Assembly: GCA_025603075.1 (NCBI GenBank)
Contig: MU626396.1
Location: forward strand, 1-54,610
DNA length: 54,610 nt
Reading direction: 5' to 3'
Origin: Neoconidiobolus thromboides FSU 785
Lineage: Eukaryota; Fungi; Entomophthoromycota
Under the pieces are notes generated by a model, which saw nothing but the letters and a program-made list of their open reading frames with translations, had not been told where the DNA came from and ran no database searches. Positions 1 through 11,799 of the stretch are shown piece after piece. The position numbers and the translations under genes were made by a program. Within the stretch, counting starts at the first letter, position 1, and every line of letters starts with the position of its first letter.

Positions 1-2950
1 TCTAAATTAGTTTCATCATTTTATTCAATTTTTAAATATTTTGATTTTAAAAACTTCGCTTAAGATTTTGTAAAAACAAATTTTTTGAAAAGCAAAAGTA
101 TCCGGACACAGTTATAAACTATCCTATTATAGTTTATACTGTAAGTTAGTTGAATTTCTACTAGATCTAATAGAAATTCCCAGATTAGCAAGGCTTTTAC
201 CACTATAATATATATTGATATTAATCGAAGTTGTAGTACGTAAATAAATACATATCCTTATAAAACTTTACTGATAAATATTTATTGTTGACTGCTTTAT
301 AACCAACATTGTAGATTTGTTATCAATTAAGTAAACAGTTTTAGTATTATAATTGCATTATTGATATACTACTAAGTTAATAAATAGCTTCATGGGAGGA
401 GGTGGTTAGCCCTAAAGCTATAATTAACCATCCTTATATAGTACAAGTAATAATAATTTTTAGATATTATTAAAACCACTTGTTCTTTGACTATTTGTTA
501 ACTTAGCTATTAATAACTTAAGTAATATTAATATTAATATTCAATAATCTATTTCTATCGTTTAACGAACTACTCACTTCCTTTGTAAATATCAAAACTT
601 TTAAATTTTCAGTTATTTCGTAAGGTAAGCTGGGATCGATCTTTCACTTCTTCTATCTTCTATAGACTCTATAACTTTAATCATAACTATATCGCTCTTT
701 TTTGATGTATCAGATACTGGATAACAATGTAGTTTATCATTACGTTTAATAAAATGTAAACACTTCTCAATGCCTTGTATCTCTACTATTCTTTTTATAT
801 TTTTGTTTTATGAAATATTGCTTTGTCAGTCTCATCAATAATTATAGCATAATAGTCGCCTAAGCTGTCGTGTTCTCGAGTTCAGAGGAAATCAATCCTA
901 CGTTCTTAGTTTGATTTACTATAAGAGTTTCTAACTTCATCCCAAGAATATTATCTTCTTATTTTGATATCTATACTTTCGAGAGTATAAAAGAGATTTT
1001 AGAGTATAGTAGTTCGAGGCTTTCTAACTGAATTATTCCCTGTATCTCGAGCATTTAATAAAGCCACTAAGTTTTCTTAATAGTACTTTATGTAGATTTT
1101 ACATTAGTATTGTCTATTCTATTTATTTTACATAGTATGTAGCCTATCGCATGCTATTCTTCATAATCCAAGTCTATCTTAGCCACATAAACTAAGACCT
1201 TTCGACTTATAGTGTAGTCAACCAAGCAATAGCTGTTTTTGACTCCAAACACTGAGTACCAGAAGATTTCACAAAACCTAGTAAAGGCTTACAAAGATTT
1301 AACACATTTTCGTTCTTTTTATTAATATCTGATATAATTTTTTTCATATAGTTAATAGATGTATATAACAAATCATGATAAATTTCAGTTTGAATTATCT
1401 ATATATAGCTATAGAATATAAACTTATTTAAAAGTGATTCCAAACCTCAACAACTGTAATATTATACAATACTTATAAAGATTTTTATTAAATAAGTAAC
1501 TTGAGCTTGTAGATGTTCTAAAACTACATTATAAATTACCTTTAGAGTTTTAAAAAAAATTCATATGATATTTGTATACTTTGAGCTTTTTTTTCATCTT
1601 ATAATATAAAATAGTTATAATAAAAGTATTTTTAAAAACCTTAGGCAATTTATTAATGTAAAATTCAAACCCAATAAGCTTAGGGACTCGAATAAAAAAT
1701 TTCATATACTCTATGATATCACATTTAGTAAATTTCGGAAATGCTTTCAAATAAGTTTATATTCTATATCCAAGTTTAACTTTATTATGATTTTAGCTCA
1801 AATAGTTAAAGTAAGCTGTATATCTATTAAGTATATAGTAAAAGTTAATAAGTTATTGTTATTAATAAACTTTTTAGTTTCTTAGAAATTACTCTATTTA
1901 AACCAAAGTATTTAGTTTGACATAAAAATTAGAAAGGGAATCTTTCACTTGAGTATTAATATAGTGTGATACTAAATATAAGGGCAAAAAATGCAATATT
2001 TTTAAGTATTAATTATTGAAAAATGAGTCTTTAAAGTCCAAGAGCTTGTAGTTTTTGGAAAAATTTCAAAATTGACTAATTTGTATTAGAGTCAAATTTG
2101 ATAAATTAGTAAACTTTCAATTTATGTCTCTGTCACTTGAAAATAGTGCTTTAAATTATATTCTTTAAATTAATATCACTTTATTTATAATTTTTTAAAA
2201 TACACCGAGTTTAACCTTTTTTAATATACTATAGTTAGAAAGTACACTATATACTATTTATGCTATATAAGTATCAATTAAATAAACAAAACTAACAGCG
2301 CTTTCAATCTAAATACTATTGATTTATACTATAGATAATCTTTTTCTTTTAGTTAATGTTGAATAAGTATAAATAGTAGTTGCACATAGGCAAATACTAT
2401 TAATAAAATAAGCCTTATATTTCGATAATAAATACCAGCTGAGAACCGGATAGATGACCTTAACGTCATTTAATGAATCTACCCTTTACATTAAAAAGGA
2501 TCAAAGAATAGTAAACTATAAAGTACAGTGAATAACTCAATATAACTTTGAACAACCAATAAATTTAGAGTAAATTTAGAACAAACATATAAAGAAGAGA
2601 ATAAATAAGTTTTTTTGTGGCAGCTCGTCCGAGCCTTATATATATATTTACCACTAACAAAGAAAAAAATGAAGAGCAAGTCTTAAAGCAACTATTGAAA
2701 GGTTAATAAACTTTTGACTAACCAAAAACTTAAAATATATTTGTATAATCCATAAGACTTTTATCTAATACTATCTCTATTTGTACTTTACCTTACTTAT
2801 TTCTCTTATCCTTCAAGAATACAATCACTTATATCTTTATAATATCCTGAGATACACGTTATAATAATATTTATTTTAAGCAACTTTGCTCATTTATTCT
2901 TTATTAATTCATATTCATTATCAACCCAAATAATTAAACATAAAATACTA

Positions 2951-3053
2951 TTTGGGAATGTATTTTTGTGTTTAAGAATTTTACTAACAATCTTTCCACT
3001 CGAATATTGCTTAAAAATGGAAGAAGTAATGAAGTCAAAAAAACATTCCCATT
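2951..3053 (+). mobile_element. ~100-bp MITE family, copy 1
   Basis: TGGGAATGTATTTTT...AAAAAACATTCCCA terminal inverted repeats; core TTTTACTAACAATCTTTCCAC...GCTTAAAAATGGAA shared with 12 other copies; ends ~90 bp upstream of the 3147 ATG. Confidence 0.8.
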
Positions 3054-3146
3054 TTATTATAAGCAGTTGTTATATTTAGGATTCAGAATATTGAAAAAAA
3101 CTATATATACTAAATAAAAATGTAATAAAAAATTACGAAAAATTAA

Positions 3147-4265
3147 ATGTTTCAGATTCTATTACTTTGTTTTTTTATTGCTTCTATTTTAAGTCAAGAT
3201 CCCCTTGGGCTAACCTACTTAGATAAAACATGCTATAGAATTGACTATGATATGGTATGGTTTGAAGTTGATATATCACCTAAATACCAACGTAATTGTC
3301 AACCTTTACACCATTGGGTAATAATTGTAGGAAAGGATAAACAATCAGAGGAGTGGTACGAAGGAAAGAGTTGTCTACGTAATTCTAAATCCTGTTGTTT
3401 ATTTTGTCGTCAGTATTGTACTGACAATTTTCGAGTAAAGACTACGGATTCCGTCGATGAGCTGAAAAACTTATATACTATGGAACTTACATCTACAAAT
3501 AAAGAGAGAGATTATTTATATGTAGCTCCTAACATTGGTAGTTTGAATTATGTTTCTGTGGATTTAAGACAAGGTTTAAGATCCATCATTGTTCCTATGG
3601 ATAATTTACACCCAGATGATCAAAATTATCGTCAAGTTTTTCAAATTAAAATGACTGAAAGTATAGTCACTAAGATATTCAACAACACTAAATTATACAA
3701 TAAGGATGCTCAAACAATTCAATCAAATGACCATATCTTAAGTATTGATAAAATTTGTCTCTTAGCTAATGATGTATTACGAACCGCTGCCATGGAATAT
3801 AATTTCAGTAATTGCTTTAAGCTAATCCCAAATTCAGAAATTCAAACGAGTTGTGGCTTCTGGGGTACAGACTATGATGAGGGTCGTGGCTCTTACTGCA
3901 GTGCAGCTAAGGTTTATAACAAAGCTACTACTTTAGCATCATGTCTTACCCATTTACCATTAATTAATACTTCAAAATTAGCTTATAATAATAAAGCCTT
4001 AGAATATATGAGAACCGCTGTTGTTGCTGGTATTTCAGCTATTCCATATGCTGGTTTGGTTTTGGCGGCTACTACTAATGCCATTTTAGGCCCTACAGCA
4101 GACCAAGAGATCCTAAATGAATATAAAGGAAAGGATTTTGATGAGAAACTGGTCATCTTAAGCGGAGTCCGTAAACAAGTTTTAAGGGAAAGTGCTAAGC
4201 TTGCGAAAGGATACATTAAAGACCATTTTGGCCAACTTATTGGATCAATTAAAAATGTGTTATAG
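3147..4265 (+). CDS. Secreted Cys-rich hypothetical protein (372 aa, intronless) with C-terminal hydrophobic segment
   Basis: Long ATG ORF; N-terminal signal-peptide-like MFQILLLCFFIASILS; multiple Cys; hydrophobic AVVAGISAIPYAGLVLAATTNAILGP near the C-terminus; no family recognised. Confidence 0.8.
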   Translation: MFQILLLCFFIASILSQDPLGLTYLDKTCYRIDYDMVWFEVDISPKYQRNCQPLHHWVIIVGKDKQSEEWYEGKSCLRNSKSCCLFCRQYCTDNFRVKTTDSVDELKNLYTMELTSTNKERDYLYVAPNIGSLNYVSVDLRQGLRSIIVPMDNLHPDDQNYRQVFQIKMTESIVTKIFNNTKLYNKDAQTIQSNDHILSIDKICLLANDVLRTAAMEYNFSNCFKLIPNSEIQTSCGFWGTDYDEGRGSYCSAAKVYNKATTLASCLTHLPLINTSKLAYNNKALEYMRTAVVAGISAIPYAGLVLAATTNAILGPTADQEILNEYKGKDFDEKLVILSGVRKQVLRESAKLAKGYIKDHFGQLIGSIKNVL

Positions 4266-5217
4266 TTTAATACTATTTTAGTTCAATATAAATCTTTATA
4301 TTATTATGGATAAAATTATTACTTTTTTAAATCATACGTAAAAATATATGGGTTTTAGTATACACTAACACTAGTTTCACATAAATGCTTCTAAATTAAC
4401 ATACTTTTTATTTTCATCGCATATAAGCGTATTATAATATATATGTTTTAATTTGAAGTTTATAAAGCACTTTATCTGTTTTCAGTGATAAATCTATTGT
4501 TGTGATAAGCTATAAAATATAACTAGAAAAATGATGATAATTTAAGTGCTTAATTATATTTGATATTTTAACAGAGCAGTGGTATATAATTTAAACAAGA
4601 TACAAACTCCTTTTTTATAAGTTGAAGCATTATTTGATTGTGATCAAAAAGATGTAGTTCTACAAAACAATTTATATTATTTAAGAGTGTAACAAACTAT
4701 CGTAATGAATATACGACCAAAGCAATAGTACGTAAAGAAATTAGATGTAGCTTGATCATCATAGTGAAACAAAAAAAAGTATACAAATCCATAGTTTACT
4801 TGTTGTAATGCGTATCTTTATTTCAAAGTCTATATATTCTCATAAGGTTTACATTGGTGTTAAATGAGTTAGTTAGTGGCTAACACTATATGGACCAAAC
4901 TCTGTATAAAATTTCTAAATAAACTAGATAGATCTAGTTACTATGCTTTAAGTTTATATTATTTATTAAACTTGCCATCCCATTTAACAGCCAAATCATT
5001 TGCCTTAAAAATATCTGTAAATTATTAATACAATAAAATACTGATATAAAATACATGATACCAATTTATAACTCTTTAAACTTATAAAAGTACGAAGCAA
5101 TGACGGTGGAATGAATCCCTTTAATTTGTATAAACTTTACTTCGTTGTAAGCACCTTTACATGCTATGTTAAAGTATTTGTGCAATGGTAGTGATAAAAC
5201 TTAGAATTACGGGACCC

Positions 5218-5574
5218 TTAAATTTTGATTTTGTTATTGTCCTTATCTACTTCTATAGAAAAATTACCACAATTGTCTTTTATCAAAGAAACTCCATGAT
5301 CAGTTAAATTATCCTTGGTACGTTTTGTTTCATTATTTTTATGCCACGCTCTTTTAGGAACTAATACAGAAATCAAAACACCATTAAACCCATTTGTGAT
5401 ATTTTCCTTTTCTCCATTTATAAAATAGTGCTTTCGAGCGAAACCATCATCAGAATACAGACTAATTTTATAAAGGCCCGTTAACGCACTATATCATGAG
5501 GTCGCTTTACCATTAAACTAATTGGGCGCATTGAAGCACCCATAAATTTTAGGAGTATACCAACTTCCGCCCCT
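5218..5574 (-). pseudogene. beta/gamma-crystallin-fold secreted-protein pseudogene (5' truncated)
   Basis: Manual translation GGSWYTPKIYGCFNAPN*FNGKATS*YSA...ISLYSDDG...DNLTDHGVSLIKDNCGNFSIEVDKDNNKIKI* aligns with the 27959 and 30877 ORFs; stops at 5520-5518 (TAG) and 5496-5494 (TGA) replace conserved Trp; no ATG or signal peptide. Confidence 0.75.
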
Positions 5575-5968
5575 TTACTTTTATGAGTATGCGAATTTTA
5601 AGTATAAATGTTGGTGCGAAACTGTTACTGAATATACCAATATATTTGATGAGGCTAATGACATAATGGCTTCATGGAAAAATTCAAAGGTCCAAGTTTC
5701 CGAAATCTACATCTATTCTAATGTTGAGTGTACTGGAGATGTTTGATATTTAAATGCAGATGAGGAAAATGTAAATGAAGCCAGCGATGTTATGAGTCCT
5801 GCAAAAATTATTCGAATTAAGTATATGAATGACAAAGTAAAACGTGTAAAGAATGATTTGGCCAACTATAAAATCTCTACGAATAAAGTGAATTTTGACA
5901 GTATCAGTATAAAAGTAAATAAAGCTGATGGTAGGATTTCACTTCAAAGAACCAGCTTTGATTTATAA
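5570..5968 (+). pseudogene. beta/gamma-crystallin-fold secreted-protein pseudogene (5' truncated)
   Basis: PLYFYEYANFKYKCWC...ANDIMASW...IYIYSNVECTGDV*YLN...ASDVMSPAKII aligns with the 27959 ORF (SLCFY...FNDKMTSW...VYIYADADCSGDVWYLN...ANDVMSSVRIV); TGG>TGA at 5744-5746; 3' flank AAAAAATAGGAAG shared with the 27959 gene. Confidence 0.8.
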
Positions 5969-6130
5969 AAAAATAGGAAGTAAATAGAAATAAATTTCTA
6001 AAAAATATGGACTTTAAAATAATACTTTGAAATTTTTAAATATAATAATTGTGAGAATAGTAGCATTTATACAAAGTTTTTTCATATTACCATTAGTGGT
6101 AAGTTGATTTATATTGTACTTTTGTTATAG

Positions 6131-6234
6131 TATATGGAGATGTTCTTTTTGGTTTCATCACTTTTTGTACCTTTTAAGTGCCATTTGAGCAGAAAAAATT
6201 AATAAAATCCTTAAACACAAATACATCCTCATAT
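6131..6234 (-). mobile_element. ~100-bp MITE family, copy 2
   Basis: TA|TGGAGATG...CATCCTCA|TA; reverse complement matches the family core. Confidence 0.8.
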
Positions 6235-6490
6235 TTATAAGAAATAAATTAATATTTGTATCAAAATAAGAATGGAGAATTTTAAAAAAAAAATCGTATT
6301 CTAAGTAGTGGAGTTTAAAATCAGTTTATTAAAATTACATAAATAGAGTTAAATTTGATAATTAGTGTATATTCCATTGACAGGCCAATATTGATAAGTA
6401 GTGTATTCATGATATCATAACTATTTTGAGTTTTGTAATTACCATTATAAACACACGTTATTGGTTGATGATAACATTGCAATCTTAATA

Positions 6491-6593
6491 ATATGGAGAT
6501 GTATTTTTGTATTCAAGATTTTTACTAACAATTTTTCCACTTGAATAGCCCGCTTAAAAATGGAAAAAGTAAAGCCAAAAAACAACCTCATAT
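6491..6593 (+). mobile_element. ~100-bp MITE family, copy 3
   Basis: TA|TGGAGATGTATTTTT...AAAAAACAACCTCA|TA; family core present. Confidence 0.8.
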
Positions 6594-7052
6594 GGAAGTT
6601 TGATATTAAGGTTTGAATGTGTTAAAAAATGTTTTATGAATTTTCTCTTAACATACAAATAAAAATAAAAATGGCTTTTACTACAGAAAATTCCAAAAAC
6701 TTAGTTTTTTGTTTTGATGGGTTAGTATGCAATTACTCAGGCTCTAAGTGTCAGGAAAACTGATGCTTTTTAATCAAGGGAAAAGACGTTTAATGTGTTA
6801 TTTTTATGTATTAGCTCATTAGCAACTAATTACGTCTCTAAGACGTGTCAACTTTAACTATTTAGTGAGAACCTCTATAATATATTGCCATGATTTTGCC
6901 TTTTAGAATTTAAGCAAATTAAATTATGTAATTTCATCTTTACTGAATTTTGCCTACCAAATGAAAAATTGATTATTTTTGAAGCTTAACCTACGAAGTT
7001 TCTACTATTTGCAGAATAAATATTATTTTAGGTTTATAGAATGAGAGAATCA

Positions 7053-7126
7053 GTTTCCGTGGTGTAGTTGGTTATCACATCTGTCTAACACACAGAAGGT
7101 CTCCAGTTCGAATCTGGACGGAAACA
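7053..7126 (+). tRNA. tRNA-Val(AAC)
   Basis: GTTTCCG...CGGAAAC-A acceptor stem, anticodon arm TCTGT-CTAACAC-ACAGA, TTCGAAT T-loop; 74 nt. Confidence 0.97.
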
Positions 7127-7182
7127 ATTTGATAATCCATCTCAATTTTTATAACATGTGTAACTACTGTTTATAATATAGA

Positions 7183-7269
7183 GCTGTTTTTTAAAAACTG
7201 AAATTAGTTTCCAAAACTGATCAAAATTTACTAAGCAAATCTAAAATAAAGATCTTTTTAAAAAACAGC
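7183..7269. repeat. 87-bp segment bounded by a perfect 15-bp inverted repeat (possible second MITE type)
   Basis: GCTGTTTTTTAAAAA (7183-7197) and TTTTTAAAAAACAGC (7255-7269); single copy in the window. Confidence 0.4.
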
Positions 7270-7291
7270 CTTTTATTTCTTTAATAAATAA

Positions 7292-7573
<282 letters not shown>

Positions 7574-7689
7574 AATAGAACCCCTTTTTTATTAAAAGTA
7601 TTTAATATAACCTATTATTTATTTTAACTTTTGCTTTAGATTTTATTCTTTATTTTTTAAATTTCAAAGGACAATAGATTTATGTGCTT

Positions 7690-7965
7690 TGTTTGATACT
7701 AATAGGAATCAACACATCATTTATTCCAGGAGACAAAAAATCAAAAGAGATTTGTCCTTGAAGAAGGGTTAGGATTTTGTCATCGTGATTAGATTAGAGC
7801 CTCTTAAAGAGCAGGGAATCAAAGAGGTTTAGACACTGTTGAAAGATTTGACTTTCCGTAACAGTCTATAAAGAATTTTACTTAATATTAGCTATGGCGC
7901 TTAGGGTCTAGTTTTATAGGAGGAGGAGAAGTAGAGTTAAAGAGGATTTTAGTACGAACTGATAC
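7690..7965. ncRNA. Candidate structured non-coding RNA (identity unresolved)
   Basis: ORF-less intergenic island at ~37-38% GC (hand count over 7741-7860) in a very AT-rich context; several hairpins (e.g. 7830-7868); C-like GTGATTA (7785) and D-box CTGA (7959) on the + strand. Confidence 0.35.
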
Positions 7966-8031
7966 AATAAAAAAATATTGACTAAATAACAATATAATAG
8001 GCATGCTTTTATTCTTTATTTTTATAATGTT

Positions 8032-9360
8032 TTAAACTTCTAGTTTTAACATACCACCTCTTCCATCCGTTGAACAATCTACATAATGAATTTTCTCAGT
8101 ATCTAAATAATCTAATACATTTGGTAACAATCGAGCATTTTGTTTTGAATGATGGCCTGAACCAATGATAATATAAAGCAAATTATCTTTGCCGATCACT
8201 TTATCATTCCTTAAAAATTGAATACTTTCTTCTAATACACTTAAAGCTTCATTAACATGAAGTCCATGAAGATCTAATACATTTTTATCTTTTCCTTTAC
8301 GGTTTTGTAAAATTGCTTTAGCTGCTAATCTATGTTGTTCTTTCATTAATAAATTATATTTTTGACCTTCTAACGAGTTTTGTTTAGCTGTATCCATTTT
8401 ATTATTCAAGTAACCACTCCTTGCTTTTTCAAAATATGAGTTACGTATCTTAGCTAACTCAATAGCTTTGGAACGATAATCTAAATATATTTGACTTACT
8501 GCAGAGCCAGTTTCAACCCATGGGACTATTACTTCTGGGCGTTTTGGTATGCCTTTAATGCGTTTTTCTAAACTTTGAGGACCACTAGTATCTTTGATGG
8601 TTTTACTCTTTCCATATTCTTTTGGTTTTGGGAATCTTTGTTTTAATAAACTATAGGCAGTTAATTCATTATCTCGAGCACTATTTAAATATTGTAATAA
8701 TATGGTATTAGGCACCCAAGGCAATTTATCTTTTAAGTAGCTCATCTTTTTACTATTTTGTTCACTTTTGATGGCTATCTTGTTAGATTTCCAAAAGTTA
8801 TTATTGCTATTGCTTTGGGTGTTGTTAATTAAATCTGGAAACTCAAATTTATTTGTAATAGTACTTTCTTTTTTAGCTGTGGGTTCTAAAATTAAATTAG
8901 TTAGCTTGTTCGTTATTGTGACTGTGTCTACTTTATGTAGAAAATGGCAGCTATCCCCATTGGCACAAAATCCTTTTAACCAAAATTTACATACAGTTGA
9001 GTCTAAAGAATGAGAAAACCAACAGTCTTTACGGAAACAAGAACCTTCTATAAAATGACGACATACCTGAGGCTTCTTTATTGTTGTATCTGGTTGAGTT
9101 GTATCAGTAGGAATAGTTGGTGCAGTTGATTTTGGTTTAAATTCTTGATCAATTAAAATATTCATTGTTTTTTCAAGCTCATAACCATTATCTTCAAGTA
9201 ATTTAGATAAAAATTCAATTGGTAACTCACTCATATAATCTAAGTCTTCTTCTAATTGTACTTCACTTCCTAGTGGTTGATGGTAATTTGGCTCTTTCTT
9301 CTGAGGTGATATCATCTTTCCTTGTTTTACATAATTTACTTTTATCTTTGAATTGTACAT
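8032..9360 (-). CDS. CCCH zinc-finger / DUF1771 / Smr-domain protein (Cue2/N4BP2-like endonuclease candidate)
   Basis: Two CCCH fingers (CRHFIEGSCFRKDCWFSH; CKFWLKGFCANGDSCHFLH); DUF1771-like helix (RNSYFEKARSGY...A...S..G..YN..M...H..AA..I); Smr motifs LDLHGLHVNEA and IIIGSGHHS. Confidence 0.88.
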   Translation of the reverse strand: MYNSKIKVNYVKQGKMISPQKKEPNYHQPLGSEVQLEEDLDYMSELPIEFLSKLLEDNGYELEKTMNILIDQEFKPKSTAPTIPTDTTQPDTTIKKPQVCRHFIEGSCFRKDCWFSHSLDSTVCKFWLKGFCANGDSCHFLHKVDTVTITNKLTNLILEPTAKKESTITNKFEFPDLINNTQSNSNNNFWKSNKIAIKSEQNSKKMSYLKDKLPWVPNTILLQYLNSARDNELTAYSLLKQRFPKPKEYGKSKTIKDTSGPQSLEKRIKGIPKRPEVIVPWVETGSAVSQIYLDYRSKAIELAKIRNSYFEKARSGYLNNKMDTAKQNSLEGQKYNLLMKEQHRLAAKAILQNRKGKDKNVLDLHGLHVNEALSVLEESIQFLRNDKVIGKDNLLYIIIGSGHHSKQNARLLPNVLDYLDTEKIHYVDCSTDGRGGMLKLEV

Positions 9361-9588
9361 TTGAAAAATTTAAACTTAAAAAAAAGTCAATTAAAATTTT
9401 AAATTTCAACTCAAAATAAGTCAATAAAAAACTTCCAAAAAGAATCTAAACTATCATTGAATTTTATTATTATTGTTATACTATATATAAGCCCTACTTA
9501 ATAAATGATAAATCAAAATGAATAATTTTAATAGAATGCAAAATAACTAATGAACTAAATGGATAAAGCAAATGCAATTTAAATCCTT

Positions 9589-11371
9589 TTAATTGACTCT
9601 TCCTTTTGTTTCAATAGGTAACAATACCATGCAAATACCAACAAACACAAACATAATAGCTGATATATAATTAGGAAGTGATAAAGAAATAGATATCAAT
9701 CCACCAGTAACTAAAGGTGCTATTATACCCGCACTAAAAGTAAATAATATTAATATCAAATCACAATAAACTAAAACAACAACTTACATTCTACTTAAAG
9801 CAGACGCAGTACCACAAGCAGTACCACGTACCACAGTATCAAACACTTCAGGGGTATAAGCGTAAATAACAGCATACATAATAGTGACTAAAAATGAAAT
9901 AAGACTTGAAGAAAATACAATTAAATTTGAAGATTTGGCAAAGATAAATAGTATTAAGCCAAATGCTGAGCCAAATGCTGATAATGCCATGGACCCCTTT
10001 CTTCCTAAAAAGGTTTCTACTAAGAAACTACCAAGCTATAAATAAGATGTTAATTATTATAATTTTAATATAAATAATATAAATAAGACTTACAATTGAG
10101 CCTGGTATTCCACTTAATGAGTAAATAAATGTAGAAAAATAAACTTCAGCTAAAGTAAATTTTGTACCATCGGAACCATTTTTCATATCCAAATAACTTG
10201 GTAAAAATACATTAAACATAGTATAAGCGAAAGAAGTAAATGTCCAAATAAGCCAAACCAAAATAGTCGTTTTAAAATATTTTCTTGAAAATAAAGGAAT
10301 CAACTTATCAAAATAACTTCTATTTTCGACAATATTAACTGAATCGGAATCGCCACTATGATTAGATTTTGTTTCTAACATACTTTCTTCAATTTCAGGC
10401 GATATTGTATTATAATCTAAATTATTATCATTTTGTATATCCTTTAAATTAATCGATAACCTAGAGCCATTAATATGTACGATTTTTCTTAATACAACGA
10501 CTACTTCTTCAGCTCGGTTTTGAGACATTAAAAATTTCGGAGATTCAGGTAAATGAAATAATACTACCCTTGCAATAACCATAAATAAATTGAACATACC
10601 CAAGGTAAACAATAATATTCTCCATCCATTGTTTTCTTTTTCCATATCACAGTTTAATAACGAATTGTCATTATTATCTAAATTTTCATTAACACAGGAG
10701 TATCTAGGTAATATAACCCAAGCTAAAAAAGAAGTAAAAGCAGCACCAAAAGAAAAGAAAACGGATAAGAAAGTCAATAAATATTGTGATTCTTTTGGAA
10801 TGAATTCTAAAAATAAAGCGCCATCCACAGGCATATTGCCCCCAACCCCAAAACCTAAGAATAATAAACATATACATAAACTAATGAAATTTGGTGCCAA
10901 AGAAGCCAATATACCAAATACACCTGCTACAGCTAAGGTCCAATTAAATGCTGGTTTTCTCCCATTTTTATCTGAAAATAATCCCCAAAATAATGAACCT
11001 ATCATCATACCAGTAAATATACTCGAAGATAATAAACCAATTTTATATTCTGATACAGAAAAGCTATCCTTTACTCGGGGTAGTATAACTGCTATACATT
11101 GTAACCACATATTATCAGCTAACCAACCTAAACCACATAAAATTAACATTTGTTGTTGAAATTTTCCAAAGCCTATTTTGGAGATTGTTTCATCTAACAA
11201 TGTACTATTAGAAAATGTAGGACTTAGTCGACCAGATTCTAAGTTTATATCTGAATTTTTAGGATTCGATTGTAATAATGGGTTGATATCCACAATGTTA
11301 TCCGTTGACAATGGACTGTATGTTGTACTTGGTGATAACTCTAAAGGATGTAATTTTCCTGGATTGGTCAT
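9589..11371 (-). CDS. MFS transporter, SV2/SVOP-like
   Basis: GFGKFQ, GWLADNM, SDKNGRKP, GVGGNMPVD, LPESPKF, YTPEVF...RGTACG motifs; introns ~10093-10036 and ~9787-9734; stop at 9591-9589. Confidence 0.9.
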
Positions 11372-11799
11372 TTTGAGAATTGCTTTTTTTATTGTAATAT
11401 GAGAGATATGTATAAACGTTATTTTTAATTTATAAACATAAAGTATTGATTCACTGATTTTTTTGTTTTGTTTTGGTTCAAGTTATAATAAGATTAGTTA
11501 TAAACTATATAAATTTAAATTGGCTTAGTATATTAAGGATAGTAAGATTAAATTTTACCTTTAATGACAATAAACTTGATTGTTTATTTTTTTTGATAAA
11601 TGAAATAGAAATAGAAATAAAATTAAGTTATAAATTATTTATAACGCATACGATTGTAATGGCAACTTGTATGTTAATCAATCAACAAATAAACTAATAT
11701 TTTTAGATTTTTTTTTAAAATAAAAATTATACTTTTTTTTCTTTTTAACGTAAAACTTATTCTTAAATTTATTAATTACAACGTCCTCAATTAAAAATA

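Noticed and set aside
1-1760. TpA-rich stretch that looks like a decayed retrotransposon gag/pol or transposase, plus ORF 1550-1750
   Set aside because: Only faint hints (a possible broken CCHC-like pattern near 430-460 on the minus strand); no RT, integrase or DDE motif could be read with confidence
7845-7862. GGAAAGTC on the minus strand as an RNase P/MRP CR-I motif; GAGCAGG as SRP helix 8
   Set aside because: No matching P4 partner or CR-V downstream, and the SRP helix-8 5' strand is missing
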